Below, in pieces: positions 35,776-45,724 of a DNA stretch of 64,000 nucleotides (position 1 is its first letter; each line of letters opens with the position of its first letter). Source of the stretch: Gammaproteobacteria bacterium. Lineage in GTDB: Bacteria > Pseudomonadota > Gammaproteobacteria > GCA-001735895. Under the pieces are notes generated by a model. It was not told the DNA's origin and did no database searches. It worked only from the letters and a program-made list of their open reading frames with translations. The stretch covers positions 32,001 to 96,000 of the forward strand of contig JBNKUM010000118.1 in assembly GCA_050298595.1 (NCBI GenBank), read 5' to 3'. Position numbers and translations under genes: made by a program.

Positions 35776-36232
35776 GTTCATTGGATAGAGCTTCAAGCTC
35801 TAATGCTTTAGCTTCTATTGCCATATCTAATTCTTTGCCATGTTTGGAACCAAGCTCTCCACCAAATATCATTGATTTCTCAAGAACGAGTGGGGCCTTT
35901 TTCATATAGCTGGCTAGGCGGGGATCACTAAAAGCCTTATTAGCGTACTCCAACTCTTCAAGGGTAAATATGTCCATGTATATTCTAGTTTGGCCTTCTT
36001 TATATTCTTCAGATGAAAGTATTTTTTTAAAGAACGATGTGAATTCATATTTAAAAGGCCTTAACTGTGGTTTCGACATAAAAATGCCGTTTACCATACT
36101 TTCAGCCATTTCATCAGTGCTAGAAATATTTTGTATTAGTTCGACATGCTTTCTTGCTGCTTTATAAAGATTGTCAGAAGCAAAAGCGGAAGAGATACAC
36201 AGAGATAAAAATAAAATATTTAAAAGTTTCAT
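35762..36232 (-). CDS. Integron cassette gene: secreted DUF2059-like protein
   Basis: Signal peptide ending SAFA; IYMDIFTLEELEYANKAFSDP resembles the DUF2059 core; AT-rich; bounded by GTTAGAGC and GCTCTAAC. Confidence 0.75.
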   Translation of the reverse strand: MKLLNILFLSLCISSAFASDNLYKAARKHVELIQNISSTDEMAESMVNGIFMSKPQLRPFKYEFTSFFKKILSSEEYKEGQTRIYMDIFTLEELEYANKAFSDPRLASYMKKAPLVLEKSMIFGGELGSKHGKELDMAIEAKALELEALSNERSNK

Positions 36233-36249
36233 GAATTTTCCATTTTTAA

Positions 36250-36295
36250 GCTCTAACGCCTGGACTCAAAGGAGAGCGAACGCAGTGAGCGAATG
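36250..36295 (-). mobile_element. Partial upstream attC (right half with core site GTTAGAGC)
   Basis: Minus strand ATTCGCTCACTGCGTTCGCTCTCCTTTGAGTCCAGGC-GTTAGAGC. The core is exactly complementary to the GCTCTAAC at the cassette's other end; no left half is visible. Confidence 0.65.
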
Positions 36296-36356
36296 AGAAC
36301 CACATCAATGGTGGACGATGCGGGAAGTATACGGTCCCTACCCCACCACATAGCAA

Positions 36357-39300
36357 TTACATAGACCTCGAATAATCCACATAAAACCCCGTCTTCCCCA
36401 GATGCTGCTCAAGTGTCAACATACACTCTTCACTAGCTGAAAGCGTCCATGAATCTGACTTCAGGCGATACTCATAGCCCTTGTCCTGACGTTTAAATAT
36501 CACGGGAATACATTCATTGATTTGAAAGGGCCGCAACGCTTCTGCAAGCTGATCGATTTTTTCTGCTGCGCCATTGTGTAGATTGATATGCAAGGCTTGC
36601 GCATGATTCAGACGCCAGGTTTCCAGTAGCTCGACCTTGCGTGCTTTGATACGAATGCCATTGTTAAAATCATCGTAGGAGATACCGCCTTCTACTACCC
36701 AGATCTGATCCTTTTGTACGATGGATTCAATCTCGCTTAACATGTCAGGGAATATACGCACATCGATGCGCCCACTGCGATCATCCAGTGTGACAAAGGC
36801 TTCACGTCCACTGGGTGCGTTACGCGTGCGGATACCAATCACTAAACCTGCTACCACAGTATCTTCATCCTTACGCCTGTATCCACCCGAGGAGGCATCG
36901 GAATTATCCAGTTTTTCGTGCCATGCGCCCAGACTGGTAGGCGAGATCTGTTTGATTTCCTGTTCATACATATCAATCGGGTGACCGGTGAGAAACAGAC
37001 CCAGGCTTTCGCGCTCATGCATGAGCCTTGTTTTCTCATCCCAGAAAGGCACATCTGGGAGCGGCTTATCCTCGGTTTCATCCCCCGCTGCTGCAAACAT
37101 GTCGACCATACCGGCATCTGCATTTTTCTGTGCCTGTTCTGCTGCCTGCAGAGCATAGGGTAGATGTGCCTGAATAGCTGCTCGGTTTTCGGAAAAACAA
37201 TCCAGCGCTCCACAGCTGACCAGGGCTTCCATGACCTTTTTATTCGCCTTGGACATGTCTACCCGATTACAGAAATCATCCAGAGATCGATACTCACCAT
37301 TTTTGCGTTCGTTGATGATGACATCAATCGCTGCCAGCCCTACCCCTTTAATCGCACCCAGCCCATAGATAACTTCACCCTTGTCGCTGGCGCGGAAATG
37401 ATAATCCGAGCGATTCACACTGGGCGGTAGCACGGGTAACTTCATGCTGCGACATTCTTCGATCAGGGTCACCACCTTGTCGGTATTATCCATATCAGAT
37501 GACAATACAGCAGCCATAAATTCTGGCGGATAGTGGGCCTTTAACCAGGCCGTCTGATAGGATACCAGCGCATAGGCTGCGGAGTGGGATTTGTTGAAAC
37601 CATAGCCGGCAAACTTTTCTACCAGATCAAAGATCTTCATCGCCAGATCAGGATCGATATTGTTTTCTTTTGCACCTTCAGCGAATACCGAGCGCTGTTT
37701 TTCCATCTCTTCGGGTTTTTTCTTACCCATTGCCCGGCGTAGTAGATCCGCACCGCCCAGCGAATAACCCGACATTCTCTGCGCAATCTGCATGACCTGT
37801 TCCTGATACAGGATAATGCCGTAGGTGGGTTCCAGCGTTTCTTTCAGGCATTCGTGCTGGTAATTAGCGTCCGGGTAGGATACGGCCTCTCGACCATGCT
37901 TACGGTTGATGAAGTTATCCACCATGCCCGACTGTAGAGGCCCCGGTCTAAATAGCGCCACCAAAGCGATAATATCTTCGAAGCAGTCAGGTTGCAGACG
38001 ACGAATCAGATCTTTCATGCCGCGTGATTCAAGCTGGAACACCGCTGTGGTCTGACAGGCCTGTAATAGATCGAAGGTGGGTTTATCGTCCAGCGGGATA
38101 CGCTCTATCTCTACCGGAGTCTCACGATTTTGATTGATCGCTTTCAGCGCCCAGTCAATGATGGTCAGGGTCCGTAGCCCCAGAAAGTCAAACTTGACCA
38201 GACCGACATCTTCTACGTCGCCTTTATCAAACTGCGATACCAGGCCTCCTCCCCCCTGTTCGCAATAGATGGGAGAAAAGTCATTCAGATCACTGGGTGA
38301 TATAACCACGCCACCCGCGTGCTTGCCGACATTACGCGTGAGCCCTTCCAGTGAGCGTGCCATATCCAGAATGGAGGTAACTTCCTCATCTTCCTGATAC
38401 AGCGTGCGCAGGTCTTCTTCCTGCTCCAGTGCCTTGGTCAGTGTCATGCCGATCTCGAAGGGGATCAGCTTTGCGATGCGGTCAACGAATCCATAAGGCT
38501 GGCCGAGTACCCGCCCCACATCGCGTACCACCGCTTTGGCGGCCATGGTACCGTAGGTAATGATCTGTGATACCTGATTACGGCCATAGGTTCTGGCTAC
38601 GTAGTCGATAACACGATCACGCTTTTCCATGCAGAAGTCGATATCGAAATCGGGCATGGATACCCGCTCTGGATTCAGAAACCGCTCGAACAGTAACTCG
38701 TATTCCAGTGGGTCAAGGTCAGTAATCTTCAGCGCATAAGCTACCAGTGAGCCAGCACCGGAACCACGACCCGGACCAACGGGAATATCATTTTCCTTTG
38801 ACCATGCGATAAAGTCCGCCACGATCAGAAAGTAGCCTGGAAACCCCATCTGGGTGATAACGTCGAGCTCGATCTGTAAACGCTCGTCGTAAGGTTTACG
38901 ATCCAGCACTTCACCTTCGGGTAATTGTTCCTGTAAAAACTGCAGGCGTTTTTCCAGACCATCCTCAGACACCTTGCGGAAATAACTGTCTTCGGTGTGC
39001 TCTTCCGGGATGGGGAAAGCTGGCAGATAATTCTTGCCCAGCGATAGCTTCACATTACAGGCCATCGCGATATTCACCGTATTTTCTATCGCCTGTGGAA
39101 TATCACGAAACAGCTCAACCATCTCTTCGCTGGAGCGCAGATACTGTTTCGGGCTATAGTTTTTGGGTCGACGATTATCCTCCAGCGTAAAACCGCTGCA
39201 GATACACACGCGAACCTCGTGCGCATCGAAATCACTGGCATCGATAAAGCGTACATCGTTGGTGGCGACTAATGGAATATTCTTGCTGCTGGAAAACTGT

Positions 39301-39854
39301 AAGGCTTGCTGGATATACAGCTCTTCGTAAGGCCTGTCGGTACGCTGAATCTCCAGGAAGAATCGGCCCGGAAACAGCTCCTGCCAGGCATCCAGATATT
39401 CCTCAGCCAGCACCGGGTTACCCGCCTTGATAGCCTGCCCCACATCCCCCTCCAGTGCGGCGGATAATGCTATCAAGCCATCGCAGTGACCCTGCAGCCA
39501 GTCAAGTAAGATGGTGGGGCGATCAGCCACCTGCCCTTCCTGATAGGAACGGGAAATCAGGCGTTTGAGATTGAGATAGCCGATATCATTCTGGCATAAC
39601 ATCACCAGTCGACTCAGATTCTGTGGCCGGTCTTCGGTTCGAATCCACACATCAGCACCGAAGATCGGTTTTACCCCGGCGGCTGTAGCGGTTTTAAACA
39701 GTTTGACCAGACCGAACAGGTTGGACATATCGGTCATAGCAACCGCACCCATACCCCGTTCAACCACTTTTTCGATCATTGGCTTAATACGAAGCGTGGA
39801 ATCGACTAGCGAGAACTCAGAATGCAGGTGTAGATGTACGAATTTTGTTGTCAT
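36357..39854 (-). CDS. dnaE: DNA polymerase III alpha subunit
   Basis: FVHLHLHSEFS PHP domain, GPGRGSGAGS, ERVSMPDFDIDF, GFNKSHSAAY; normal length, no intein. Confidence 0.99.
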   Translation of the reverse strand: MTTKFVHLHLHSEFSLVDSTLRIKPMIEKVVERGMGAVAMTDMSNLFGLVKLFKTATAAGVKPIFGADVWIRTEDRPQNLSRLVMLCQNDIGYLNLKRLISRSYQEGQVADRPTILLDWLQGHCDGLIALSAALEGDVGQAIKAGNPVLAEEYLDAWQELFPGRFFLEIQRTDRPYEELYIQQALQFSSSKNIPLVATNDVRFIDASDFDAHEVRVCICSGFTLEDNRRPKNYSPKQYLRSSEEMVELFRDIPQAIENTVNIAMACNVKLSLGKNYLPAFPIPEEHTEDSYFRKVSEDGLEKRLQFLQEQLPEGEVLDRKPYDERLQIELDVITQMGFPGYFLIVADFIAWSKENDIPVGPGRGSGAGSLVAYALKITDLDPLEYELLFERFLNPERVSMPDFDIDFCMEKRDRVIDYVARTYGRNQVSQIITYGTMAAKAVVRDVGRVLGQPYGFVDRIAKLIPFEIGMTLTKALEQEEDLRTLYQEDEEVTSILDMARSLEGLTRNVGKHAGGVVISPSDLNDFSPIYCEQGGGGLVSQFDKGDVEDVGLVKFDFLGLRTLTIIDWALKAINQNRETPVEIERIPLDDKPTFDLLQACQTTAVFQLESRGMKDLIRRLQPDCFEDIIALVALFRPGPLQSGMVDNFINRKHGREAVSYPDANYQHECLKETLEPTYGIILYQEQVMQIAQRMSGYSLGGADLLRRAMGKKKPEEMEKQRSVFAEGAKENNIDPDLAMKIFDLVEKFAGYGFNKSHSAAYALVSYQTAWLKAHYPPEFMAAVLSSDMDNTDKVVTLIEECRSMKLPVLPPSVNRSDYHFRASDKGEVIYGLGAIKGVGLAAIDVIINERKNGEYRSLDDFCNRVDMSKANKKVMEALVSCGALDCFSENRAAIQAHLPYALQAAEQAQKNADAGMVDMFAAAGDETEDKPLPDVPFWDEKTRLMHERESLGLFLTGHPIDMYEQEIKQISPTSLGAWHEKLDNSDASSGGYRRKDEDTVVAGLVIGIRTRNAPSGREAFVTLDDRSGRIDVRIFPDMLSEIESIVQKDQIWVVEGGISYDDFNNGIRIKARKVELLETWRLNHAQALHINLHNGAAEKIDQLAEALRPFQINECIPVIFKRQDKGYEYRLKSDSWTLSASEECMLTLEQHLGKTGFYVDYSRSM

Positions 39855-39870
39855 GAATTAAAAGCAATTA

Positions 39871-39954
39871 AACCACAAAGGGCACGAAGAACACGAAGGG
39901 GGATTAGTGAGTTACTAACACCTCCTCTTCGTGTCCTTTGTGTACTTCGTGGTT
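39871..39954. repeat. Long imperfect palindrome whose arms are three 9-bp CACRAAGnn units (REP-like)
   Basis: AAC CACAAAGGG CACGAAGAA CACGAAGGG ...spacer... CTCTTCGTG TCCTTTGTG TACTTCGTG GTT fills most of the rnhB-dnaE gap. Confidence 0.85.
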
Positions 39955-39963
39955 GGTTAAACG

Positions 39964-40551
39964 TCACAGGATATCCCGCACCGGTTTAAAACTGCGTCTA
40001 TGCACAGGGGAAACCCCATGTTCGATCAACAGATCACGATGCAGTTGGGTGGGATAGCCTTTGTGTTTGGCAAACTGGTATTCTGGGTACTGTTCGTCCA
40101 ACTCCAGCATCTGGCGATCTCGATGCTGCTTGGCAAGTATAGAAGCTGCACTGATGCAGGCTTCGGTTAGATCTCCTTTGACGATGGCTTCTACCGAGTA
40201 ACCGGGCAAATCCGGTTCGCGGTTACCATCTACCTGCACATGTTCGGGACGCACATCCAGCGCCAGCACCGCTCGTTGCATCGCCAGCATGCTGGCGTGC
40301 AGAATATTGATTTCATCGATCTCCTGCACGCTCGCCTCGGCTATGGCATAGCTAAGCGCATGCTGTTTAATCTGCTGCTCCAGAATGATGCGTTTTTTCT
40401 CGCTTAACTTCTTGGAATCGGTCAAACCCTGGATTGGGTTATTGGCATCCAGGATGACGGCAGCTGCTACCACCGAACCTGCCAGCGGCCCTCGACCGGC
40501 TTCATCTACCCCGGCCAGCAGAACAGGAATATATTTAGTGCTGTTATTCAT
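39964..40551 (-). CDS. rnhB: Ribonuclease HII
   Basis: [46 protein letters not shown]. Confidence 0.97.
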   Translation of the reverse strand: MNNSTKYIPVLLAGVDEAGRGPLAGSVVAAAVILDANNPIQGLTDSKKLSEKKRIILEQQIKQHALSYAIAEASVQEIDEINILHASMLAMQRAVLALDVRPEHVQVDGNREPDLPGYSVEAIVKGDLTEACISAASILAKQHRDRQMLELDEQYPEYQFAKHKGYPTQLHRDLLIEHGVSPVHRRSFKPVRDIL

Positions 40552-40613
40552 TAGTGTTATCGCTGCTGCATGTCTATAATGCAGCGGTTTTTTAATCGGA
40601 ATTCGGTGTTCTT

Positions 40614-41564
40614 ATGTCACAAAAAATCAATGTTGCTGTAATCGGCGTCGGCCATCTGGGTAAGTGGCATGCAGATAAATATGCTGCGTCTGAAGATTGT
40701 AACCTGGTCGCTGTGGTAGATACCGATCTGGATGCCGCCCGCGCCGTTGCCGACAAGCATGGTGCCGAAGCCGTCACCGATTATCAAGCGATTTTAGCTC
40801 GAATCGATGCCGTCAGTCTGGTGGTGCCCACCAGCGTGCATTACCCGATTGCGAAGGACTGCCTGGAAGCAGGAATTCACTGCCTGATCGAAAAACCCAT
40901 CACCGAAACTGTAGAACAGGCACAAACCCTGATCGACATAGCCAAAGCCAAGAACCTGACACTACAGGTCGGGCATATCGAACGCTTTAACTCGGTGATG
41001 ATGGATATAGATGATATTCTGGATAAACCACAGTTCATGGAATCCACCCGTCTGGCACCCTTTACCCCACGTGCTACCGATGTCAGTGTTATCCTTGATT
41101 TAATGATCCACGATATCGATATCATCCTCGATTTGATCGATAGCCCGATCAGGCATATCTCAGCTAGTGGCATCTCGGTGCTATCCGATGAAATCGATAT
41201 CGCGAATGCCAGACTGGAGTTTGAAAGTGGTTGTGTTGCCAATGTCACCGCCAGCCGCATTAGCCGTAAGCGTGAACGCAAGCTACGTATCTTCCAGAAA
41301 GACGCTTACATCTCAGCTGACTTCCAGGAAAAGATTCTGGCAGTGAATCGTAAGGGCGATGAAAAAACAGAAAGCGGCTTTCATGATATTACCCACAATG
41401 AAAAAACCTATCAGGATACCGATGCCCTGAATCTGGAAGTGCTGGATTTCATCCGCGCGATCAAAACCGGCAATTCACCCAAGGTAACCGGTGAAGATGG
41501 TAAACGCGCCTTGCAGGCAGCTAGTGAAATCACCCGACTGATAAGAGCTTCAGTGACCCAATAA
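40614..41564 (+). CDS. gnnA: Gfo/Idh/MocA oxidoreductase, probable UDP-GlcNAc 3-dehydrogenase
   Basis: GVGHLGKWHADKY, IEKP, QVGHIERFN, DVSVILDLMIHDIDI, NVTASRIS; in an operon with an aminotransferase and lpxB. Confidence 0.8.
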   Translation: MSQKINVAVIGVGHLGKWHADKYAASEDCNLVAVVDTDLDAARAVADKHGAEAVTDYQAILARIDAVSLVVPTSVHYPIAKDCLEAGIHCLIEKPITETVEQAQTLIDIAKAKNLTLQVGHIERFNSVMMDIDDILDKPQFMESTRLAPFTPRATDVSVILDLMIHDIDIILDLIDSPIRHISASGISVLSDEIDIANARLEFESGCVANVTASRISRKRERKLRIFQKDAYISADFQEKILAVNRKGDEKTESGFHDITHNEKTYQDTDALNLEVLDFIRAIKTGNSPKVTGEDGKRALQAASEITRLIRASVTQ

Positions 41565-41640
41565 CCCATTTAAACCCTGCAGGGTCTTCACAGTATTAGC
41601 TGACTTTGCAGGAATATATTTTTTTTAAAAGGTAAATACT

Positions 41641-42732
41641 ATGCCAATACCTATGGTCGACCTGAAAGGTCAATACGAAACCCTGAAACCCGAAATCGAT
41701 GCCGCTATAATCCAGGCACTGGGTGAAACTCGCTATATCCTGGGCCCAAACGTACAGGCCTTTGAACAGGAAGCGGCTGATTACCTGGGCGTCAAACACG
41801 CGATTAGCTGCGCCTCTGGCACCGATGCACTTCATCTGGCGCTGCTTGCTGCAGGTATTAAAGCGGGTGATGAGGTGATTACTACCGCTTTCACTTTCAT
41901 TGCGACTGCAGAAGCCATCCGCTATGTGGGTGCGACACCGCTTTTCGTTGATATCCTTCCTGACACATTGAATATCGATCCACAGAAGATTCGTGAAGCT
42001 ATCACACCTAAGACCACGGCTATCATCCCGGTACATATCTTCGGACAACCAGCCGACATGGATGAAATCATGTCCATCGCCAATGAAAATAATCTAAAGG
42101 TAGTTGAGGATTGCGCACAGTCATTCGGCAGTCGTTATCACGGCAAGATGACTGGCTCTATCGGTGATCTGGGTGCATTCAGTTTTTTCCCAAGCAAAAA
42201 TCTTGGCTGTTATGGTGACGGTGGACTAATCACTACCAACTCTGATAGCTATGCTGAACAGATTAAGATTTACCGCAACCATGGCAGTAGCAAGCAATAT
42301 CACCATGATGTCATCGGTTATAACAGCCGCCTGGACGAATTGCAGGCGGTTATCCTGCGCATCAAGCTAAAGCATATTGATGAGTACAATCAAAACCGTT
42401 TGAATGTAGCGAAAACCTATAATCGCCTGTTGGCTGATTCGGCCATTATCACACCGAGTATTCCTGAAGATAGCGATCATATCTTTCATCAGTACACGGT
42501 ACTGGCTGAAAACCGTGATCAGATAAAAGACCATGTGCTTTCGAAAGAGATTGCCAGTGCTGTGTATTACCCAGTGCCTCTGCATCAACAAAAGGCATTT
42601 GCTGACTCACCTAAGGTCTCTTTACCAGTAACCGAAGATATTTCTACGCGCTGTGTTTCCTTTCCGGTATTTCCTGAAATGACCCAGCAACAGATTGAAA
42701 CCGTTTGCCAGGCGATACTTGAAGTTGCCTAG
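41641..42732 (+). CDS. gnnB: DegT/DnrJ/EryC1/StrS aminotransferase, probable UDP-3-oxo-GlcNAc transaminase
   Basis: SGTDALHLAL, VEDCAQS, SFFPSKNLGCYGDGG, GYNSRLDELQA; lies between gnnA and lpxB. Confidence 0.78.
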   Translation: MPIPMVDLKGQYETLKPEIDAAIIQALGETRYILGPNVQAFEQEAADYLGVKHAISCASGTDALHLALLAAGIKAGDEVITTAFTFIATAEAIRYVGATPLFVDILPDTLNIDPQKIREAITPKTTAIIPVHIFGQPADMDEIMSIANENNLKVVEDCAQSFGSRYHGKMTGSIGDLGAFSFFPSKNLGCYGDGGLITTNSDSYAEQIKIYRNHGSSKQYHHDVIGYNSRLDELQAVILRIKLKHIDEYNQNRLNVAKTYNRLLADSAIITPSIPEDSDHIFHQYTVLAENRDQIKDHVLSKEIASAVYYPVPLHQQKAFADSPKVSLPVTEDISTRCVSFPVFPEMTQQQIETVCQAILEVA

Positions 42733-42739
42733 TTATTCC

Positions 42740-43888
42740 ATGAGCCAGAAACACGCCCCTCATGTCATGCTGCTAGCCGGTGAAGCCTCCGGCGATGCAC
42801 ATGGCGCCGAAGTCGTTGAAGCCATGAAGCAACTGAACCCGGATGTACATTTTTCCGGCATGGGCAGCACCGAATTAAAACGTGCTGGAGTCGATGTATT
42901 CTTTGACTCCGCCAGCATTGCCGTAGTCGGCATCGTTGAAGTGTTAAAACACTGGGGCGAAATTAAGCAGGCGATGGAGCTGGTTAAAAACAAGCTGGAA
43001 ACCACCCGCCCTGACCTGCTGGTATTAATCGATTACCCAGAATTCAATCTCAAGATGGCGCGGCATGCCAGGTCTCTGGGCATCAAGGTACTGTTTTATA
43101 TCAGCCCTCAGGTGTGGGCCTGGCGTCCCAAACGTATTCATAAGATCGGACAGTCCATCGACCACATGGCAGTGCTGTTCAAGTTTGAGGCCGAATATTA
43201 CCAACGCGCCAATATTCCTGTTACTTTTGTAGGCCACCCTCTGGTTGACAAGGTAAAAACCAGTCCCCATGTTGCTCAGCAACGTGAAAGTATTAATGTC
43301 GCGCAAGATCAGAAACTGATTGGTCTGTTTCCCGGTAGCCGTAAAAGTGAAATACATCGTCTATTACCGCTGATGCTGGAAACCGCTGCACGCATGCAGA
43401 AACATGATAAAAATCTGGTTTTTGTTATGCCGGTGGCAGCCTCGCTGGATTATGCGGCTATTAAAGCGCAATGCGAGCAGTCTGGTATCGATATCAGACT
43501 CACCCGAGAAAATATTTACGATGTCATCGCCAGTTGTGACGCAATCGTCTCCTGCTCAGGTACGGTTACTCTTGAGATCGCCCTGTTAGGGGTTCCATTA
43601 TGTATTGTTTACAAAATGTCCTGGCTTTCCTATCAGATCATGAGCCGCCTGATCACCATCCCTCATATTGGTCTGGCCAATATCGTTGCTAATAAACATA
43701 TTGTGAAGGAATTCCTTCAGGATGAAGCAAGCAGTGAAAATATAGCCAATGAACTCTTTCGCTTGCTGAATGATACTTCTTATCGACAGCAGGTTATAAC
43801 GGGATTGCAGGAAGTAAAAGTTAACCTGGGTATGGGAGAAGGCTCCAAAAATATGGCAGAGCTCATTTTACGCACACTGGATAATTAA
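42740..43888 (+). CDS. lpxB: Lipid A disaccharide synthase
   Basis: AGEASGDAHG, IDYPEFN, YISPQVWAWR, FVGHPL, FPGSRKSE, SGTVTLE. ATG 42740 chosen as the start. Confidence 0.96.
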   Translation: MSQKHAPHVMLLAGEASGDAHGAEVVEAMKQLNPDVHFSGMGSTELKRAGVDVFFDSASIAVVGIVEVLKHWGEIKQAMELVKNKLETTRPDLLVLIDYPEFNLKMARHARSLGIKVLFYISPQVWAWRPKRIHKIGQSIDHMAVLFKFEAEYYQRANIPVTFVGHPLVDKVKTSPHVAQQRESINVAQDQKLIGLFPGSRKSEIHRLLPLMLETAARMQKHDKNLVFVMPVAASLDYAAIKAQCEQSGIDIRLTRENIYDVIASCDAIVSCSGTVTLEIALLGVPLCIVYKMSWLSYQIMSRLITIPHIGLANIVANKHIVKEFLQDEASSENIANELFRLLNDTSYRQQVITGLQEVKVNLGMGEGSKNMAELILRTLDN

Positions 43889-43934
43889 TGGTCCCGCAAA
43901 AATTATAAAAAATTCCACATAAACTATATACTGG

Positions 43935-43961
43935 TTAAGTTCTTTAATGTTATGCCGAAAT
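43935..43961 (+). promoter_or_regulatory. Sigma-28 (FliA)-type promoter of the chemoreceptor gene
   Basis: TTAAGTTC-N11-GCCGAAAT compared with consensus TAAAGTTT-N11-GCCGATAA, about 60 nt upstream of the MCP start. Confidence 0.65.
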
Positions 43962-44020
43962 AGTTAAATCTGAATCCGAGATTTCAGATTGAAATTAACC
44001 AATATTGTGGGGTATGTTTT

Positions 44021-45724
44021 ATGCAAGCCTATAAGGCATTGTTTTTTGCTTTTATACTGACAGTAGTTGCCCAGCTTTTTGCCACGCTTCTTGTTCTATG
44101 GATATCAGGTGGGGACATCTCGCAGTGGTTGATGTACTTCCTGAGTGCTTTATTTGCAACCATGACAGGTGCAATTTACTTCTACCAGAGCACCAACAAA
44201 CCCATTAATCTCGCATTAAAGCTTATTAATTGTCGATTCAAGGATGCGGGGAAAGATAGTCAGCAAATGCAGCAACAACTAAAAGCTCTGCTGCAATCGC
44301 ATTCTGAGTTACTTGGCGATATCTCCCTGCTGGATACTACACTGAATAACTTTGATATTACCGCACAAAGTCTGTCAAAAACATCCAGTCGTAGTGCTAT
44401 TTCCGCTGCTGAAGTTTCATTTTCTGTGAGTGAGCTACGGAAAAAACTGGAAATTCAGGCGAATGCCATTACCCAACTGGTAGAGTCCTTTAAACAGATT
44501 ACCGACAGCGGGCAGCAGGTTGCCGAACGTTGTTCTTCAGCCAGTGATTATTCGCGTCAGGCCTATAAGGACAGCACTGAAAGCAAGGATGTATTGCATG
44601 CAACACACGATAAAATTAGTTTGATCCTGAAAAATACTGAAAAGGTATATGGATTGATTGAAGCACTGGGTCAAAATTCAGACAAGATCAAGGACGTAAC
44701 ACAGGTTATCGAAGACATCGCCAACCAAACCAATCTGTTGGCACTCAATGCCGCCATAGAAGCTGCTCGCGCCGGTGATATGGGCCGTGGATTTGCAGTC
44801 GTTGCCGACGAAGTACGCAACCTGGCGGCAAGAACTTCTGAAGCTACCAACGAAGTCGGTAAAATTATAGAACATAACCACAATGAAACTTCTGAGGTGG
44901 TGATCTTATTTAAAAACCTGGCCGAGGAATTACAACAGGGAACTCAATACATCAAGGATATTGAAGACATTCTGGGTGCTGTATCAGAAAAAGTTGCCAA
45001 TGTGGAAGACCACATTTCAGAGATGGCTTCGCATGCTGCTGAAAATCATAAGCATATGCAGGATATCACTCAATCGATCAGCACTCTGGATGGAGAAATC
45101 TGCGAAAGCAGGGATCACATTCAACAACTGGATGATGAAGCAGAACGATTTACTGATCTGGCAGAGCAGGCAAACTCAGCATTAGCAGAATTGAATATTC
45201 AGGGCATACATCAGAAAGTATTTCATATTGCCAGTAACGCCGCAGAGAACATTCAGGCTCGATTTGAAAAAGCTATCCGCCAGGGTGAGATTAGTGAAAC
45301 TGATCTGTTTGATCGTAATTATGAGAAAATAGCCCATACCAACCCACAGAAATATGCAAGCCGATTTGATCGATTTACCGATCAGGTACTACCGCAAATT
45401 CAGGAAGATATCTTACTCAACCATCAGTTTCTGGCTTTTGCAATCACTACCGACGATCATGCCTATGTGCCCACACATAACAACAAATTCTGCAAACCAC
45501 TAACCGGTGACCCAGAAAAAGACCTGATTGGAAATCGCACCAAACGTCTATTTAACGACAAAACCGGAGCTCGTTGCGGCAGTCATACTCAAAAGTTACT
45601 GCTGCAAACCTATAAACGTGATACCGGTGAAGTAATGCACGACCTGTCTGTACCGGTTTATGTCAACGGCAGGCATTGGGGTGGTTTTCGAGTTGGTTAT
45701 ACCAGCGATGCTATATTTATTTAA
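44021..45724 (+). CDS. Methyl-accepting chemotaxis protein with a C-terminal Cache-like extension
   Basis: Two adjacent N-terminal TMs, [38 protein letters not shown]-terminal domain ending [20 protein letters not shown]. Confidence 0.93.
   Translation: MQAYKALFFAFILTVVAQLFATLLVLWISGGDISQWLMYFLSALFATMTGAIYFYQSTNKPINLALKLINCRFKDAGKDSQQMQQQLKALLQSHSELLGDISLLDTTLNNFDITAQSLSKTSSRSAISAAEVSFSVSELRKKLEIQANAITQLVESFKQITDSGQQVAERCSSASDYSRQAYKDSTESKDVLHATHDKISLILKNTEKVYGLIEALGQNSDKIKDVTQVIEDIANQTNLLALNAAIEAARAGDMGRGFAVVADEVRNLAARTSEATNEVGKIIEHNHNETSEVVILFKNLAEELQQGTQYIKDIEDILGAVSEKVANVEDHISEMASHAAENHKHMQDITQSISTLDGEICESRDHIQQLDDEAERFTDLAEQANSALAELNIQGIHQKVFHIASNAAENIQARFEKAIRQGEISETDLFDRNYEKIAHTNPQKYASRFDRFTDQVLPQIQEDILLNHQFLAFAITTDDHAYVPTHNNKFCKPLTGDPEKDLIGNRTKRLFNDKTGARCGSHTQKLLLQTYKRDTGEVMHDLSVPVYVNGRHWGGFRVGYTSDAIFI

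Noticed and set aside
35599-35909. ORF-track ORFs of 65 aa (minus) and 73 aa (plus)
   Set aside because: They run across the attC and intron RNA sequence and overlap the real cassette gene; not credible proteins.
36296-36356. Weak hairpin after the dnaE stop (GGTGG...CCACC) as a REP or terminator
   Set aside because: Pairing is short and interrupted, with no second copy in the window.
36357-39854. Intein in DnaE (also checked GyrA)
   Set aside because: Both have normal lengths and continuous motifs; no intein splice or LAGLIDADG motifs seen.
36357-41564. Apparently higher GC in dnaE-rnhB-gnnA as a sign of foreign origin
   Set aside because: Spot checks overlap with other core genes such as gyrA; not supportable without computing GC and codon usage.
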